Positions 38,417 through 47,568 of a DNA stretch of 64,000 nt are shown here, piece by piece (position 1 is the first letter of the stretch; each line of letters starts with the position of its first letter). Both the position numbers and the translations under genes were made by a program. Below the pieces are notes generated by a model, which worked only from the letters and a program-made list of their open reading frames with translations, had not been told where the DNA came from and did no database searches. This stretch comes from a virus. The DNA lies in the IMG/VR virus record IMGVR_UViG_3300022602_000036, positions 85,160-149,159 of that record; one strand, written 5' to 3'.

Positions 38417-40369
38417 ATGGACATGAAAAAACTTTTAGAATCAATTACTAGACTAGAAGGCAAAGAGTCTATGAAGGGTGCCGAAAAGGCGCCTACAGGC
38501 CCTAAGTTTACAGGCTATTGGAAAGGCACAGACTCAGCAACACCAGGTAACAAAATGGTAGGCGGTGGTGCAGAAGAATATGACGAAAGTATTCTAAAAG
38601 ACCTAAGCAAAGGTCCTAAGGCCAAAACCGTTGAAGAAGAACTAGCAGAAGCCTATGCACAGTTTATGGAAGATGACCTAGGTGTAGAACCTAAACGTCC
38701 AAGTCGCAAAGGCAGTCGCCCGGAACGTGAATATACTAAACACGGTAAACCAAGTAAACGTTATAAAGAAGTTAGCGTAAATGAACATGGAGATCAAGAA
38801 GATTACAAACCATGGGGATCACAGGATTTAGAGCCAGGACAAAAAGCTGTTCAAGGTAAACCTGTAAAAGATACTAAAAAATTTACTAAAGATCTAGCTA
38901 AAGATTTTGGCAAACATTTAGGTCAAGATGACGACGACTTAGAAGAAGGTGTTGCTGATCGTGTTTATACTGTAAACATTGTGCGCCGCAGTAGTTTTGG
39001 TGGCGAAGATAGAACACGTTCAACATCAGGTACTATTCCAGAATTGCTAGACTATTTTGGCTACACATTAGAAACAGGCAAATCATACGAACACGAACGT
39101 GGTCGTTACAAAATCAACATGGCACCTAAGAACATTAAGAGTCTAGTTGACAACTTAAACAAAGCCGCAAGTAACGCTGCCAGAAATGGACACAGTAGTA
39201 CATATTACGAAGTAGGCAGTGAAGAACAACAAGTCACAGAAGGTCGTGTTAAAGACGTTGCCATTGACCTCAAAGAACTATCTGACGAAGAATTTCTTAA
39301 AAAATACAAAAAAACCAAAGCAGAAATGCGTTCAGCACTAAGTGAAGCAATCAATCCAGCACAGCAAGCGGCTATTGCTATTTCAATGAAGAAAGCTCAT
39401 AAGAAACCTAAAAATGAAGGTTGGGGTGCTGATGCGGCCAATGCTCGTCACGCAGAACAACAAAGTGACTGGGACAAAACTTTAGAAAAATACAAAAACG
39501 ATCCTAAAATGACCAGTAGATTAAAACATCTACGTAGTTGGAAAGCTAGTGAAGCTGAAAAAGCCGCACACGCTGGCGAATACGTTGTTCGTGGTCGTGG
39601 ACATAAATTCCCAGGTGAAGACTTAGATGAAGCTACATCTACTGTAAAATACGGTGTGTTTGCCAAAGGTGGTAGCGTTGGTAGTGATAACAGCAAACCA
39701 TACAAGGTATTTGACACTAAAGAAGAAGCCCTTGCTTGTGCTAAAAGATATCGTTCACAGTTAACACCAGGTGAACGTGACTACTATAAAATGGGCTTTG
39801 TAACCAAGGCTATTAAAGAAAGTAGCGGACATAAAGTAATTGATAAGAAATTAAAGGATCGTGACAGTTGGCAACGTTTCTTAGATCAAACTCCAGAAGA
39901 ACGTGCTGCTCACGAAAAGAAAAATGCAGAGATTGCAAAAAAATTAGCCAAAGACTACAAAAGTCCATTCAAACATTCAATCTGGAAAGATGAAGTAGAA
40001 GAAGACATTGTGCCAATGGCTAATCCACAGTCTACTGGTTCTGTTAATCCAGCCAATCAACCTACAGATCAACAAGCTGAACAAGATCCTAAAACAGCGG
40101 CACAGACTGCTATTGCATTAAACACTCTTAAATCTGCTGCAGGAATCACAGCACAGCCAAAAGATATTGCCAAAGCACTAGATGATGTTAGCCAAGGTAA
40201 ACAGGTTAATCAACAGGATATGACTAAACTTAAACCTATGATGGATGTGATGAAAACTGCTGGCACTGACCCAAAGGTTGCACAACAGTTTAAAAATCTA
40301 TCAACACAGGCCAAGCAAACACAGCTACAACAACAGCAACAACAGGCCAAACAACAACCTAAGACTTAG
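38417..40369 (+). CDS. modular internal head (poly)protein
   Basis: charged low-complexity modules separated by [LIV]xE sites; Q-rich C-terminus. Confidence 0.65.
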   Translation: MDMKKLLESITRLEGKESMKGAEKAPTGPKFTGYWKGTDSATPGNKMVGGGAEEYDESILKDLSKGPKAKTVEEELAEAYAQFMEDDLGVEPKRPSRKGSRPEREYTKHGKPSKRYKEVSVNEHGDQEDYKPWGSQDLEPGQKAVQGKPVKDTKKFTKDLAKDFGKHLGQDDDDLEEGVADRVYTVNIVRRSSFGGEDRTRSTSGTIPELLDYFGYTLETGKSYEHERGRYKINMAPKNIKSLVDNLNKAASNAARNGHSSTYYEVGSEEQQVTEGRVKDVAIDLKELSDEEFLKKYKKTKAEMRSALSEAINPAQQAAIAISMKKAHKKPKNEGWGADAANARHAEQQSDWDKTLEKYKNDPKMTSRLKHLRSWKASEAEKAAHAGEYVVRGRGHKFPGEDLDEATSTVKYGVFAKGGSVGSDNSKPYKVFDTKEEALACAKRYRSQLTPGERDYYKMGFVTKAIKESSGHKVIDKKLKDRDSWQRFLDQTPEERAAHEKKNAEIAKKLAKDYKSPFKHSIWKDEVEEDIVPMANPQSTGSVNPANQPTDQQAEQDPKTAAQTAIALNTLKSAAGITAQPKDIAKALDDVSQGKQVNQQDMTKLKPMMDVMKTAGTDPKVAQQFKNLSTQAKQTQLQQQQQQAKQQPKT

Positions 40370-40812
40370 TCATCTAGGTCTTCTGGTTCTTGCCCAGCTG
40401 ATTGCAGTTCCTTGTCTAGCTTTTTAATTGCTGATTTTACACTTGCTAGTTTATTAAACAGTTTAGCACCGCGTTTACCATTGATGTACAAGCAGAACTT
40501 ACCAGTTAGGTCTGCTTTGACTTCTGCTAGCATATCACCTTTAAATCCAATCTTAGCAGTGTATACTGGAGCAACATCAGCTAGAGTGTCAAACCCTAGT
40601 AGAATACTGTCACCTTGAGCACCAATCTTAACTAATCGTTGATCAAATACGCCACTTGAATTAGCTTTACGCATGATCATAGCAGCTACTCGAACATTGT
40701 TTTCTGCTACTTGAATAGTACCATCATCGTCAATCCAAAAATCTTCACCTTCAAATGGCCCGTCAAACGGATCTGAAATAATGTTGGTTAACTGTTTGTT
40801 GAATGTAGTCAT
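40366..40812 (-). CDS. hypothetical early protein
   Basis: ATG 40812 after AGGTG; own perfect sigma70 promoter. Confidence 0.75.
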   Translation of the reverse strand: MTTFNKQLTNIISDPFDGPFEGEDFWIDDDGTIQVAENNVRVAAMIMRKANSSGVFDQRLVKIGAQGDSILLGFDTLADVAPVYTAKIGFKGDMLAEVKADLTGKFCLYINGKRGAKLFNKLASVKSAIKKLDKELQSAGQEPEDLDD

Positions 40813-40845
40813 TGTTGGGTTCACCTAATGGTTAATAATACGTCT

Positions 40846-40874
40846 ATTATACACTCAAAATCTAAAGTTGTCAA
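40846..40874 (-). promoter_or_regulatory. sigma70-type early promoter
   Basis: minus strand TTGACA-17nt-TATAAT with TG extension. Confidence 0.85.
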
Positions 40875-40899
40875 GTGTTAAATCATGATAAATACTCTT

Positions 40900-41364
40900 A
40901 TGCTGATTACAGAATTTTTCTTTGAAACTAAACGTAAACAATCTCAAACCAATGAGTTTAAAGATTGTATAGTCCCAGTTCCTCGCCCGCTTAAAAGCAA
41001 GACCCCTGTAGCTGAAGACCAGTGGACTAACCAGGACAATACCTATCACACAGGCAACGGGCAATGGCACGAAAATGGTGGTGAATGGTCGGGTGGTAGC
41101 AACAGTACCTATCACACAGGTCAGGGCATGTGGGAAGACCTAGCCACAAGTAACTATATCACCAATGAAAATGAACATGTAGATTTTGGTGACATTATCA
41201 CAGCACGCAACCTAATAGGATTGTCCTTAGATAATCCAAAAGAACACAAGCACAAGTATTTTGAATTTTTAAAACATCTTAGAAATAAAGCAGGTGAAGA
41301 ATACAGTACACAAGTACATCAACTTGCGGCCAAACTAGCCAAATCAGCTAAGGACTCAGACTAA
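40900..41364 (+). CDS. probable internal head protein
   Basis: MLITEFFFE; ATAAATA 5 nt upstream; duplicated TYHTG motif. Confidence 0.65.
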   Translation: MLITEFFFETKRKQSQTNEFKDCIVPVPRPLKSKTPVAEDQWTNQDNTYHTGNGQWHENGGEWSGGSNSTYHTGQGMWEDLATSNYITNENEHVDFGDIITARNLIGLSLDNPKEHKHKYFEFLKHLRNKAGEEYSTQVHQLAAKLAKSAKDSD

Positions 41365-43280
41365 TGGCATCATTACAGTATTATTATATATCAAGCACAC
41401 CAGGCCCAAAGGCGTTTACTATGCCCAAAGGATTCCAAGCTAATGTAGAAGTACATTGCTGGGGAGCAGGTGGTGGTGACGGCACTGGCGGAGTTGGTGG
41501 CGGTGGTGGATATGTTAAATCTCTGGTTACTATCAATCCAGGCGATATTGTTGAAATTGGCGTTGGCCTACAGGGTGCGGCTGCTAGTGGGCAAAGTGCA
41601 GGCGCAGGTGGCGGTAGTAGTATTGGTTTTAGCTATGCCGGCGGTTCAGGCGGCGGTAGTGGCGACGAAGATGCAGACATGGGCGCAGGTGGTGGTGGTG
41701 GTGGAGCTACCGTAGTAGAAGTTAACGGAATACCTGTAGCTGTAGCCGCTGGTGGCGGTGGTGGTGGTGGTAACGGAGACGATGGTGGCGCCGGTGGAGC
41801 GGGATTACCTGGCGGAGTGCAGGCAAGTGCCACTGGGTGGTATCCAGTATCACTAAGCTGGGCTTGGAATAGTTTTATGAATAGCTATGCTATTTGGACT
41901 GGTGGTAGTCAAGATGTTACTACTAATGTCTATACTACTATTGTAAATTTCCCTACATCAGGCACATATACATTTAATCTATCAACAGACAACTATGGTA
42001 GTCTAACTTTAGATTCAACATTGATAATAAGTTATAGCGATTTTACCACAACTGGAACTACTACACACGCAGTTACCGCAGGCAATCATACTATAACATT
42101 AAGTATCACTAACCAAGGTGGCCCAGCAGGTATTGCAGCACAGATTTTAAATCCAGACAGTTCAGAACTATGGGATACTAGAAATCCGCAGAACTTCCCA
42201 CAACTAAATTCAACCACACAAGGCGCAGCAGGTGCTTATGGATCAGCTGGTGGCGGCGGAGGAGGCGGTGGTGTATTTGGAGGCCTTGGCGGCACTGCCA
42301 CAGGCGATGACCAGGGAGGTGCTCCAGGCGGTAGCGGCGGACTTCAACTAGGCGATACTAAACTGCCAGGATCAGGAGAATTTGCAGGTGGCCGTACAAC
42401 CACTTATGCGCCAACTGCACCATATGGTAATGCTGGATATGGTGGGTATGCTATATTGGTGTTGACACGTAGATTCCAGCTTTGGAATAAAGTAACTGGT
42501 GCGTGGAATCAAATTACCAATGCTTGGCAAAAAGTAAATGGCCAATGGCAAAGTATCTCTCAAATTTATATAAAAAATAATGGTGCTTGGAATCCACTAC
42601 TAAGTACTACTGTAATTAACGACAAACGTAGTGTACAATATACTACACAGGGCACTTATAGTTGGATCTGTCCAGCGGATATTATTCGTGTTAAAGCCAG
42701 AGTATATGGTGCAGGCGGAGCAGGAACAGGTGGTGCTGGTGGCGCAGGTGGATATGCAGAAAAGTATCTAACAGTTACCCCAGGTGCAACCTATACCGCA
42801 GTAGTTGGTGCAGGAACTAGTGCCACAGGACAGGACAGTAGTTTTAATAGTACTATAATTGCACACGGTGGCGGAGCAGGTGCTAGCCAAACTGGCGGAA
42901 CAGATGCTGGTGGTAGTGGTGGTACAGCCACAGGTGGCGATACAAACTTAACTGGTGCCGCAGGTACCAGTGGGCAAGCTGTTTATTCTTACTACTACTG
43001 GTGGTGGGGCTGGGGCGGCTGGGGCTGGAACGGCTACTATAATGGGTACTGGAACGGCTATTATGGCAATGCATACTATAATAATGGTTACTATGGGTAT
43101 GGTTACTATAATTATGGTTGGGGTTGGGGTGGTTACTGGAATTGGGGATGGCCATATTATGGTACATACCAAACAGGATATACCTACGGTGTACCTGGTA
43201 CAGGCTATGACAACATAGGCAGTGGTGCTGTTGGTCCTGGTTCTACAGGAGCACCAGGCGCAGTATTTTTAATTTATTAA
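41364..43280 (+). CDS. glycine-rich fibre/adhesin protein with PA14-like insert
   Basis: WGAGGG...AAGGGGGG polyglycine domains; FPTSGTYTF..STDNYG beta-sandwich; W..I...W.KVNGQW linker; Y/W/G/N-rich segment. Confidence 0.75.
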   Translation: MASLQYYYISSTPGPKAFTMPKGFQANVEVHCWGAGGGDGTGGVGGGGGYVKSLVTINPGDIVEIGVGLQGAAASGQSAGAGGGSSIGFSYAGGSGGGSGDEDADMGAGGGGGGATVVEVNGIPVAVAAGGGGGGGNGDDGGAGGAGLPGGVQASATGWYPVSLSWAWNSFMNSYAIWTGGSQDVTTNVYTTIVNFPTSGTYTFNLSTDNYGSLTLDSTLIISYSDFTTTGTTTHAVTAGNHTITLSITNQGGPAGIAAQILNPDSSELWDTRNPQNFPQLNSTTQGAAGAYGSAGGGGGGGGVFGGLGGTATGDDQGGAPGGSGGLQLGDTKLPGSGEFAGGRTTTYAPTAPYGNAGYGGYAILVLTRRFQLWNKVTGAWNQITNAWQKVNGQWQSISQIYIKNNGAWNPLLSTTVINDKRSVQYTTQGTYSWICPADIIRVKARVYGAGGAGTGGAGGAGGYAEKYLTVTPGATYTAVVGAGTSATGQDSSFNSTIIAHGGGAGASQTGGTDAGGSGGTATGGDTNLTGAAGTSGQAVYSYYYWWWGWGGWGWNGYYNGYWNGYYGNAYYNNGYYGYGYYNYGWGWGGYWNWGWPYYGTYQTGYTYGVPGTGYDNIGSGAVGPGSTGAPGAVFLIY

Positions 43281-43294
43281 TAAAGGAAAGTTCA

Positions 43295-44005
43295 ATGAAA
43301 AAACTATTAGTAGCAGTAGCATTATTAGCAACATCAATGTCAGCATTTGCTGGCCTTAAAGATTGTAGTCAGTTTGAAGTAGCATTACCAACATACACAG
43401 CTAAACCAGGTGACCAAGAACTATGTCACATGAACTACGCTGTTATTCATCGTTGCGATGTTAAAGCACCAGAAGCAGTATTTGAGCATTTAACACCAGC
43501 AGCAATTAGTGGTCCAGCAAAACGCAAGGACAATTTCCACCCAGACACAAGTGTAACACCAGCATGTTCAGCTAGCCTAGCAGATTATGCTATTGTTGGT
43601 AAAACACATGATCGTGGTCATATGGCTCCAGCAGGTAACAACACACAAAGTGATGCTATCATGAGTGAAAGTTTTAACTTGTCAAATATGGTTCCACAAG
43701 TAGCTAACAACAACCGTGGTATTTGGAAACAAGCAGAAACATTTGAACGTCAATGGGCTCTAACACCAAACACAGACTACTATGTTATCAGTGGTGGTAT
43801 TTGGGATCAAGGTTATCAAAAGATTGGTAGCGGTTTAGGTATTCCTACACGTTTATACAAAATTGTATACGAAAAGAAAAGCAAAAAAGTTACAGCATGG
43901 TTAATGCCAAACGCAGCACTACCAGTAGCAGACTTACCTAAGTATGCAACTACAGTGGCTAACATTGAAGCGGCTACAGGTATCAAATTTAACTTACCAC
44001 AGTAA
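43295..44005 (+). CDS. secreted DNA/RNA non-specific endonuclease (NucA-like)
   Basis: signal peptide ending AFA; DRGHMAP, ESF.LSNMVPQ, NRGIW..E, IPTRLYK. Confidence 0.92.
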   Translation: MKKLLVAVALLATSMSAFAGLKDCSQFEVALPTYTAKPGDQELCHMNYAVIHRCDVKAPEAVFEHLTPAAISGPAKRKDNFHPDTSVTPACSASLADYAIVGKTHDRGHMAPAGNNTQSDAIMSESFNLSNMVPQVANNNRGIWKQAETFERQWALTPNTDYYVISGGIWDQGYQKIGSGLGIPTRLYKIVYEKKSKKVTAWLMPNAALPVADLPKYATTVANIEAATGIKFNLPQ

Positions 44006-44029
44006 TCAAATTTAAAAGGATTTTCAATT

Positions 44030-44446
44030 ATGGTAGATACCGTCCAAGTACAGGTTCCAGCACCACAATCAGTGGTGCCTTGGGGCTTTCATGGAATCTT
44101 TGATTGCAGTGGATGTGATCTAGATAAAATTCAAAGTGCAGACAACATCAAGTCTTGGTTATCATCATTGCTGACCGCTATTGATATGACCGCAGTAGGT
44201 GATCCTATTGTGACTATGACTGGTGTTGGCATGCCTGATAAAGAAGGCTACACTGCTATACAGATCATTGTAACCAGCAGTATTGTAGCACATTTTATTG
44301 ACAGCACACAGCATATCTACATTGATGTGTTTAGCTGTAAAGAATTTGATCCTACAAAAGTAGAAGCTAGTATTAGCTCATTCTTTGGCGCAAACACCAA
44401 GATTAACAAGATGTTAATTCCACGGAACGCGGCCTTACAAGTTTAA
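44030..44446 (+). CDS. speD: S-adenosylmethionine decarboxylase-like proenzyme
   Basis: WGFH..FDCSGCD, GYT..QII.TSSI..HF, YIDVFSCKEFD. Confidence 0.8.
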   Translation: MVDTVQVQVPAPQSVVPWGFHGIFDCSGCDLDKIQSADNIKSWLSSLLTAIDMTAVGDPIVTMTGVGMPDKEGYTAIQIIVTSSIVAHFIDSTQHIYIDVFSCKEFDPTKVEASISSFFGANTKINKMLIPRNAALQV

Positions 44447-44461
44447 CATAACTTAACAAAC

Positions 44462-44485
44462 AACCACTCGCAAGGGTGGTTTTTT
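44462..44485 (+). terminator. intrinsic terminator
   Basis: AACCACTC-GCAA-GGGTGGTT then T-run. Confidence 0.85.
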
Positions 44486-44486
44486 A

Positions 44487-44541
44487 TTGACTTTTTTACC
44501 AAATTCGTGTATAATGCTTGTATCTTAAATCACGATAAATA
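44487..44541 (+). promoter_or_regulatory. tandem sigma70 and late promoters
   Basis: TTGACT-17-TATAAT (44487-44515) and ATAAATA (44535-44541) 7 nt before ATG. Confidence 0.75.
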
Positions 44542-44548
44542 CTACATC

Positions 44549-45088
44549 ATGCAAGCAAAAGACCTAATTAGAGCAACAGACAACACTAAAATTTACCTAG
44601 ACATGGATGGAGTCCTTGCAGACTTTTTTGCAGAATATGCAAAACTAGCTGGGGTTACTAGCGGTAGCTACAGAGATATACCACCAGCTAAAGCTGATCC
44701 TACCCTAGACAAAATGATTGGCACTGATTTCTTTGCTCGCTTGCCTATGTTTAGCACAGCGCCAAACTTAATACAACTAGTATTGAGTTACGTACCACAC
44801 TATAACATCTGTTCAAGTCCTTTACGTGGGGATCACGAGAATAGCAGTAAATGGAAACGTGTATGGATCGCTAAACATCTAAGCCCACAACCCAGTGACG
44901 TTGTTATCACAGGGCAAAAAGAACGTCATGCAGTAAACCCAGATGGTAGCCCAAATATCTTAATTGATGATCGCGGCACTAACATTGTTGCTTGGCGTGC
45001 CCGTGGTGGTATTGGCATTAAGTATCAAGCAGATGAAGACAGTTTAGACGTAGTAGCAAAAGGACTAGCACACGCATATGGCTATTAA
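44549..45088 (+). CDS. HAD 5'(3')-deoxyribonucleotidase (NT5C-like)
   Basis: IYLDMDGVLADF, CSSP, K..W, ILIDD, W...GGIGI. Confidence 0.88.
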   Translation: MQAKDLIRATDNTKIYLDMDGVLADFFAEYAKLAGVTSGSYRDIPPAKADPTLDKMIGTDFFARLPMFSTAPNLIQLVLSYVPHYNICSSPLRGDHENSSKWKRVWIAKHLSPQPSDVVITGQKERHAVNPDGSPNILIDDRGTNIVAWRARGGIGIKYQADEDSLDVVAKGLAHAYGY

Positions 45089-45818
45089 TTTATATGAAGG
45101 CGGTAATGTTTTTAAAGACGAAAAGGGTCAACCCGCAACTATTCGTATCACTCGCAACAATGTGGTTCCAACAGTACAATGGTTAGAGAAGCTAACTGGA
45201 CTGAATCTAGTAGACAATATGCTAGGCAGTACAGGTTACAAAGAAACTTCAGGTGATCTAGACCTAGGTGTAGATGTTAGTAAAATCTCAAAAGAAACGT
45301 TAATAAATCAGCTGATTAAGAAGGGAATTGACCCAAAAGACATCAGAAAAACAGGCGATAGTGTGCATTTAAAGACACCTATCCTAGGTGATGCAGCTAA
45401 CGGTTATGTACAAACTGATTTTATGTTTGGCGAGCCTAGTTGGCAGAAATTTAGTCTAACTGGTAGCCCAGAAGGTAGCCCATACAAAGGACTACATCGC
45501 CATATTTTACTCAGCAGTATTGCTAAAGCTCAGGGACTAAAATGGAGTCAAAAATACGGCCTAGTTGATCGTGCTACCAATGAAGTTATTACACAAGATC
45601 CTAAAGAAATTGCTGCACGCCTAGTAGACGGAGTTCCAGCAGACTTAGCCAGCGTTGAAAGTATTATTAAAAAAATCAAAGGTCGTCAAGACTACGACCA
45701 ACTAACAGCAGATGCACGCGAATCATTTGCTAAAGATCAGTTAGTATTACCAGAATCTGCACCACTTCCAGGTACAGGTGCTTGGTTCCGTCAGTTTGTA
45801 AACATGGATCATATATGA
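45078..45818 (+). CDS. Pol-beta-like nucleotidyltransferase
   Basis: LGSTG.K.TSGDLDL (GS..DxD) and VQTDFM third Asp. Confidence 0.75.
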   Translation: MAINLYEGGNVFKDEKGQPATIRITRNNVVPTVQWLEKLTGLNLVDNMLGSTGYKETSGDLDLGVDVSKISKETLINQLIKKGIDPKDIRKTGDSVHLKTPILGDAANGYVQTDFMFGEPSWQKFSLTGSPEGSPYKGLHRHILLSSIAKAQGLKWSQKYGLVDRATNEVITQDPKEIAARLVDGVPADLASVESIIKKIKGRQDYDQLTADARESFAKDQLVLPESAPLPGTGAWFRQFVNMDHI

Positions 45819-47002
45819 GAGCAAAAGATCTAGTCAAAGGTAACATTGCTTACCATGAAGAATTAAATCCAGAAGTATGGGATGATGTATTTGGCAAAGG
45901 TTATAAACTTCGTATTGACGTGCGCTATAGGCTATTAGAAATAGCACATCGTTTTATTGAATACTTAGAAGTACCCGACTTTAAACTATCAGGTATCTTA
46001 TTACGTGGTAGTCTAGCTAACTATAACTATACTCCCTACAGTGACTTTGATCTACACCTAGTTACCAACTATGCTGATCTAGGCTGTGATATCACAGAAC
46101 AGTTTTACATGGCCAAGAAAAAGATATGGAACGACGAACATGACATTACTATCAAAGGCTATGAAGTAGAACTTTATGTAGAAGACGTTGATGCTAAAAA
46201 CGTCAGCTCAGGCACATACGATATCTTAGATGATAAATGGGTAAGTGTGCCTAAACACGAAGAGCCTACTATAGATGACCGTGCTGTTAATGCCAAAGCC
46301 CGTGACCTAATGACCCAGGTCAATCGCGCAGTTAAATCAGGTAGTGTAGAAGACCTAGACAGACTAAAAGACAAAATTAAAACAATGCGTCAAGCTGGTT
46401 TAGATGCTAACGGTGAGTTTAGTACAGAAAATCTAGCATTTAAAATCCTGCGTAACAAAGGTTACATGGATAAACTATACAAAGCCAAAAATCAAAAGTT
46501 TGATCAGGAATTGAGCTTAGATGAACAAGTTATTAACGAACTAAGAAACAAGTTGCAGGATTATCTACAGCAACAGTTTCCTACATGGCCACCGTATGTG
46601 GTAAATGATCTACTGTATAAAAATGCCAAAGGTATAACTGATTCTGCAGAGTTAGAAGATTGGATCGCTGGCATTAAGAAAGACTACAAAGTTAAACGTT
46701 GGGAGTTGATTAATGACATGCCTATTACGTTTAAGATGTTTCATCCAGAAACCAGAAAACAATTAATAGCACGTGGGGTAGGTACAGATACTATTCAAAA
46801 TCCTTATAATGTACCAAAAGACGACGAACGTCATGCTCAACAGGCCGCAATGATACAACAGCGTGGTATCAGTCCAGAGCCTATTGTGTTAATGAAGGGT
46901 CGTCACCAATACTATTTAATAGAAGGCTGGCACAGAACTATACAGCACTTCAAAGCAAACCCACAAGGATATAAAGGCCCAGCTTGGGTTGGATATCTAT
47001 GA
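45815..47002 (+). CDS. Pol-beta-like nucleotidyltransferase fused to ParB/Srx-like domain
   Basis: RGSLANYNYTPYSDFDLH, EVELYVED; C-terminal EPIVL...YLIEGWHR. Confidence 0.8.
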   Translation: MRAKDLVKGNIAYHEELNPEVWDDVFGKGYKLRIDVRYRLLEIAHRFIEYLEVPDFKLSGILLRGSLANYNYTPYSDFDLHLVTNYADLGCDITEQFYMAKKKIWNDEHDITIKGYEVELYVEDVDAKNVSSGTYDILDDKWVSVPKHEEPTIDDRAVNAKARDLMTQVNRAVKSGSVEDLDRLKDKIKTMRQAGLDANGEFSTENLAFKILRNKGYMDKLYKAKNQKFDQELSLDEQVINELRNKLQDYLQQQFPTWPPYVVNDLLYKNAKGITDSAELEDWIAGIKKDYKVKRWELINDMPITFKMFHPETRKQLIARGVGTDTIQNPYNVPKDDERHAQQAAMIQQRGISPEPIVLMKGRHQYYLIEGWHRTIQHFKANPQGYKGPAWVGYL

Positions 47003-47097
47003 AAGAATATTTTACATTTGAGAACTTACCACTGACTATAGTAGTTGGATTAGTTGCTTGGTCATGGGCTATTGTTTTTACTGTGATCTTATCATGA
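46999..47097 (+). CDS. 32-aa membrane peptide
   Basis: Not in track; MKEYFTFENLPLTIVVGLVAWSWAIVFTVILS with ATGA overlaps both ends. Confidence 0.6.
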   Translation: MKEYFTFENLPLTIVVGLVAWSWAIVFTVILS

Positions 47098-47498
47098 GAG
47101 CAAACGAATTCTTAAAAGAAGACTCCCATATACCGCGTTATCTATATAAATGGGTGAACGGTCAACAATTCCAGAAGTATATTGATGCAGGCAAGCTGCC
47201 GGTTAAACGTAAGTATGCTCACTATATTGATGCTGTTGATAGGTTAGTTCCAGGCAATAGTTTTACAGATGAAGCACATATTGGCAGATGGACTGGTGAT
47301 ACATTAATTAGAATTGACGCGAGCAAACTGTCTAATAACATATATCCCATTGCTGGTAATAGAACATATCTAAAAACAATGGGGATGACACACAGTGAGT
47401 ACGATCCAAATGCGTGGGAATACGAGCCGGAAGAAATAGACGAATATTGGATTGAAGGCCCTGTTGATATTAGTTCAGCGGAAATAATTAAGAAGTAA
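47094..47498 (+). CDS. possible ADP-ribosyltransferase-fold protein
   Basis: YLYK...GNSFT...LIRID...EIDEYWIEGPV resembles R-S-E ART strand order; MRANEFLKE N-terminus. Confidence 0.5.
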   Translation: MRANEFLKEDSHIPRYLYKWVNGQQFQKYIDAGKLPVKRKYAHYIDAVDRLVPGNSFTDEAHIGRWTGDTLIRIDASKLSNNIYPIAGNRTYLKTMGMTHSEYDPNAWEYEPEEIDEYWIEGPVDISSAEIIKK

Positions 47499-47499
47499 A

Positions 47500-47568
47500 G
47501 AACACCCTGCCTTAGGACTGTTAGGTGTGGCCGGCTGCTGGCCTGGAGGGATGCCAAAAGTGAGCAAC
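47500..47568 (-). ncRNA. candidate GC-rich structured RNA
   Basis: ACACCU/GGGUGU, GUC-CUAA-GGC, GGCC/GGCC, UUUGG/CCAGG; TAAATA adjacent on minus strand. Confidence 0.45.

Noticed and set aside
42984-43190. DGR variable region
   Set aside because: No second template copy and no reverse transcriptase in the window
41470-43218. Several alternate-frame ORFs over the glycine-rich gene
   Set aside because: By-products of GGN codon runs that lack stops in other frames
47500-47568. Assignment as twister, twister-sister or HDV/theta ribozyme
   Set aside because: Only short sub-motifs match; the required pseudoknots and catalytic residues could not be placed
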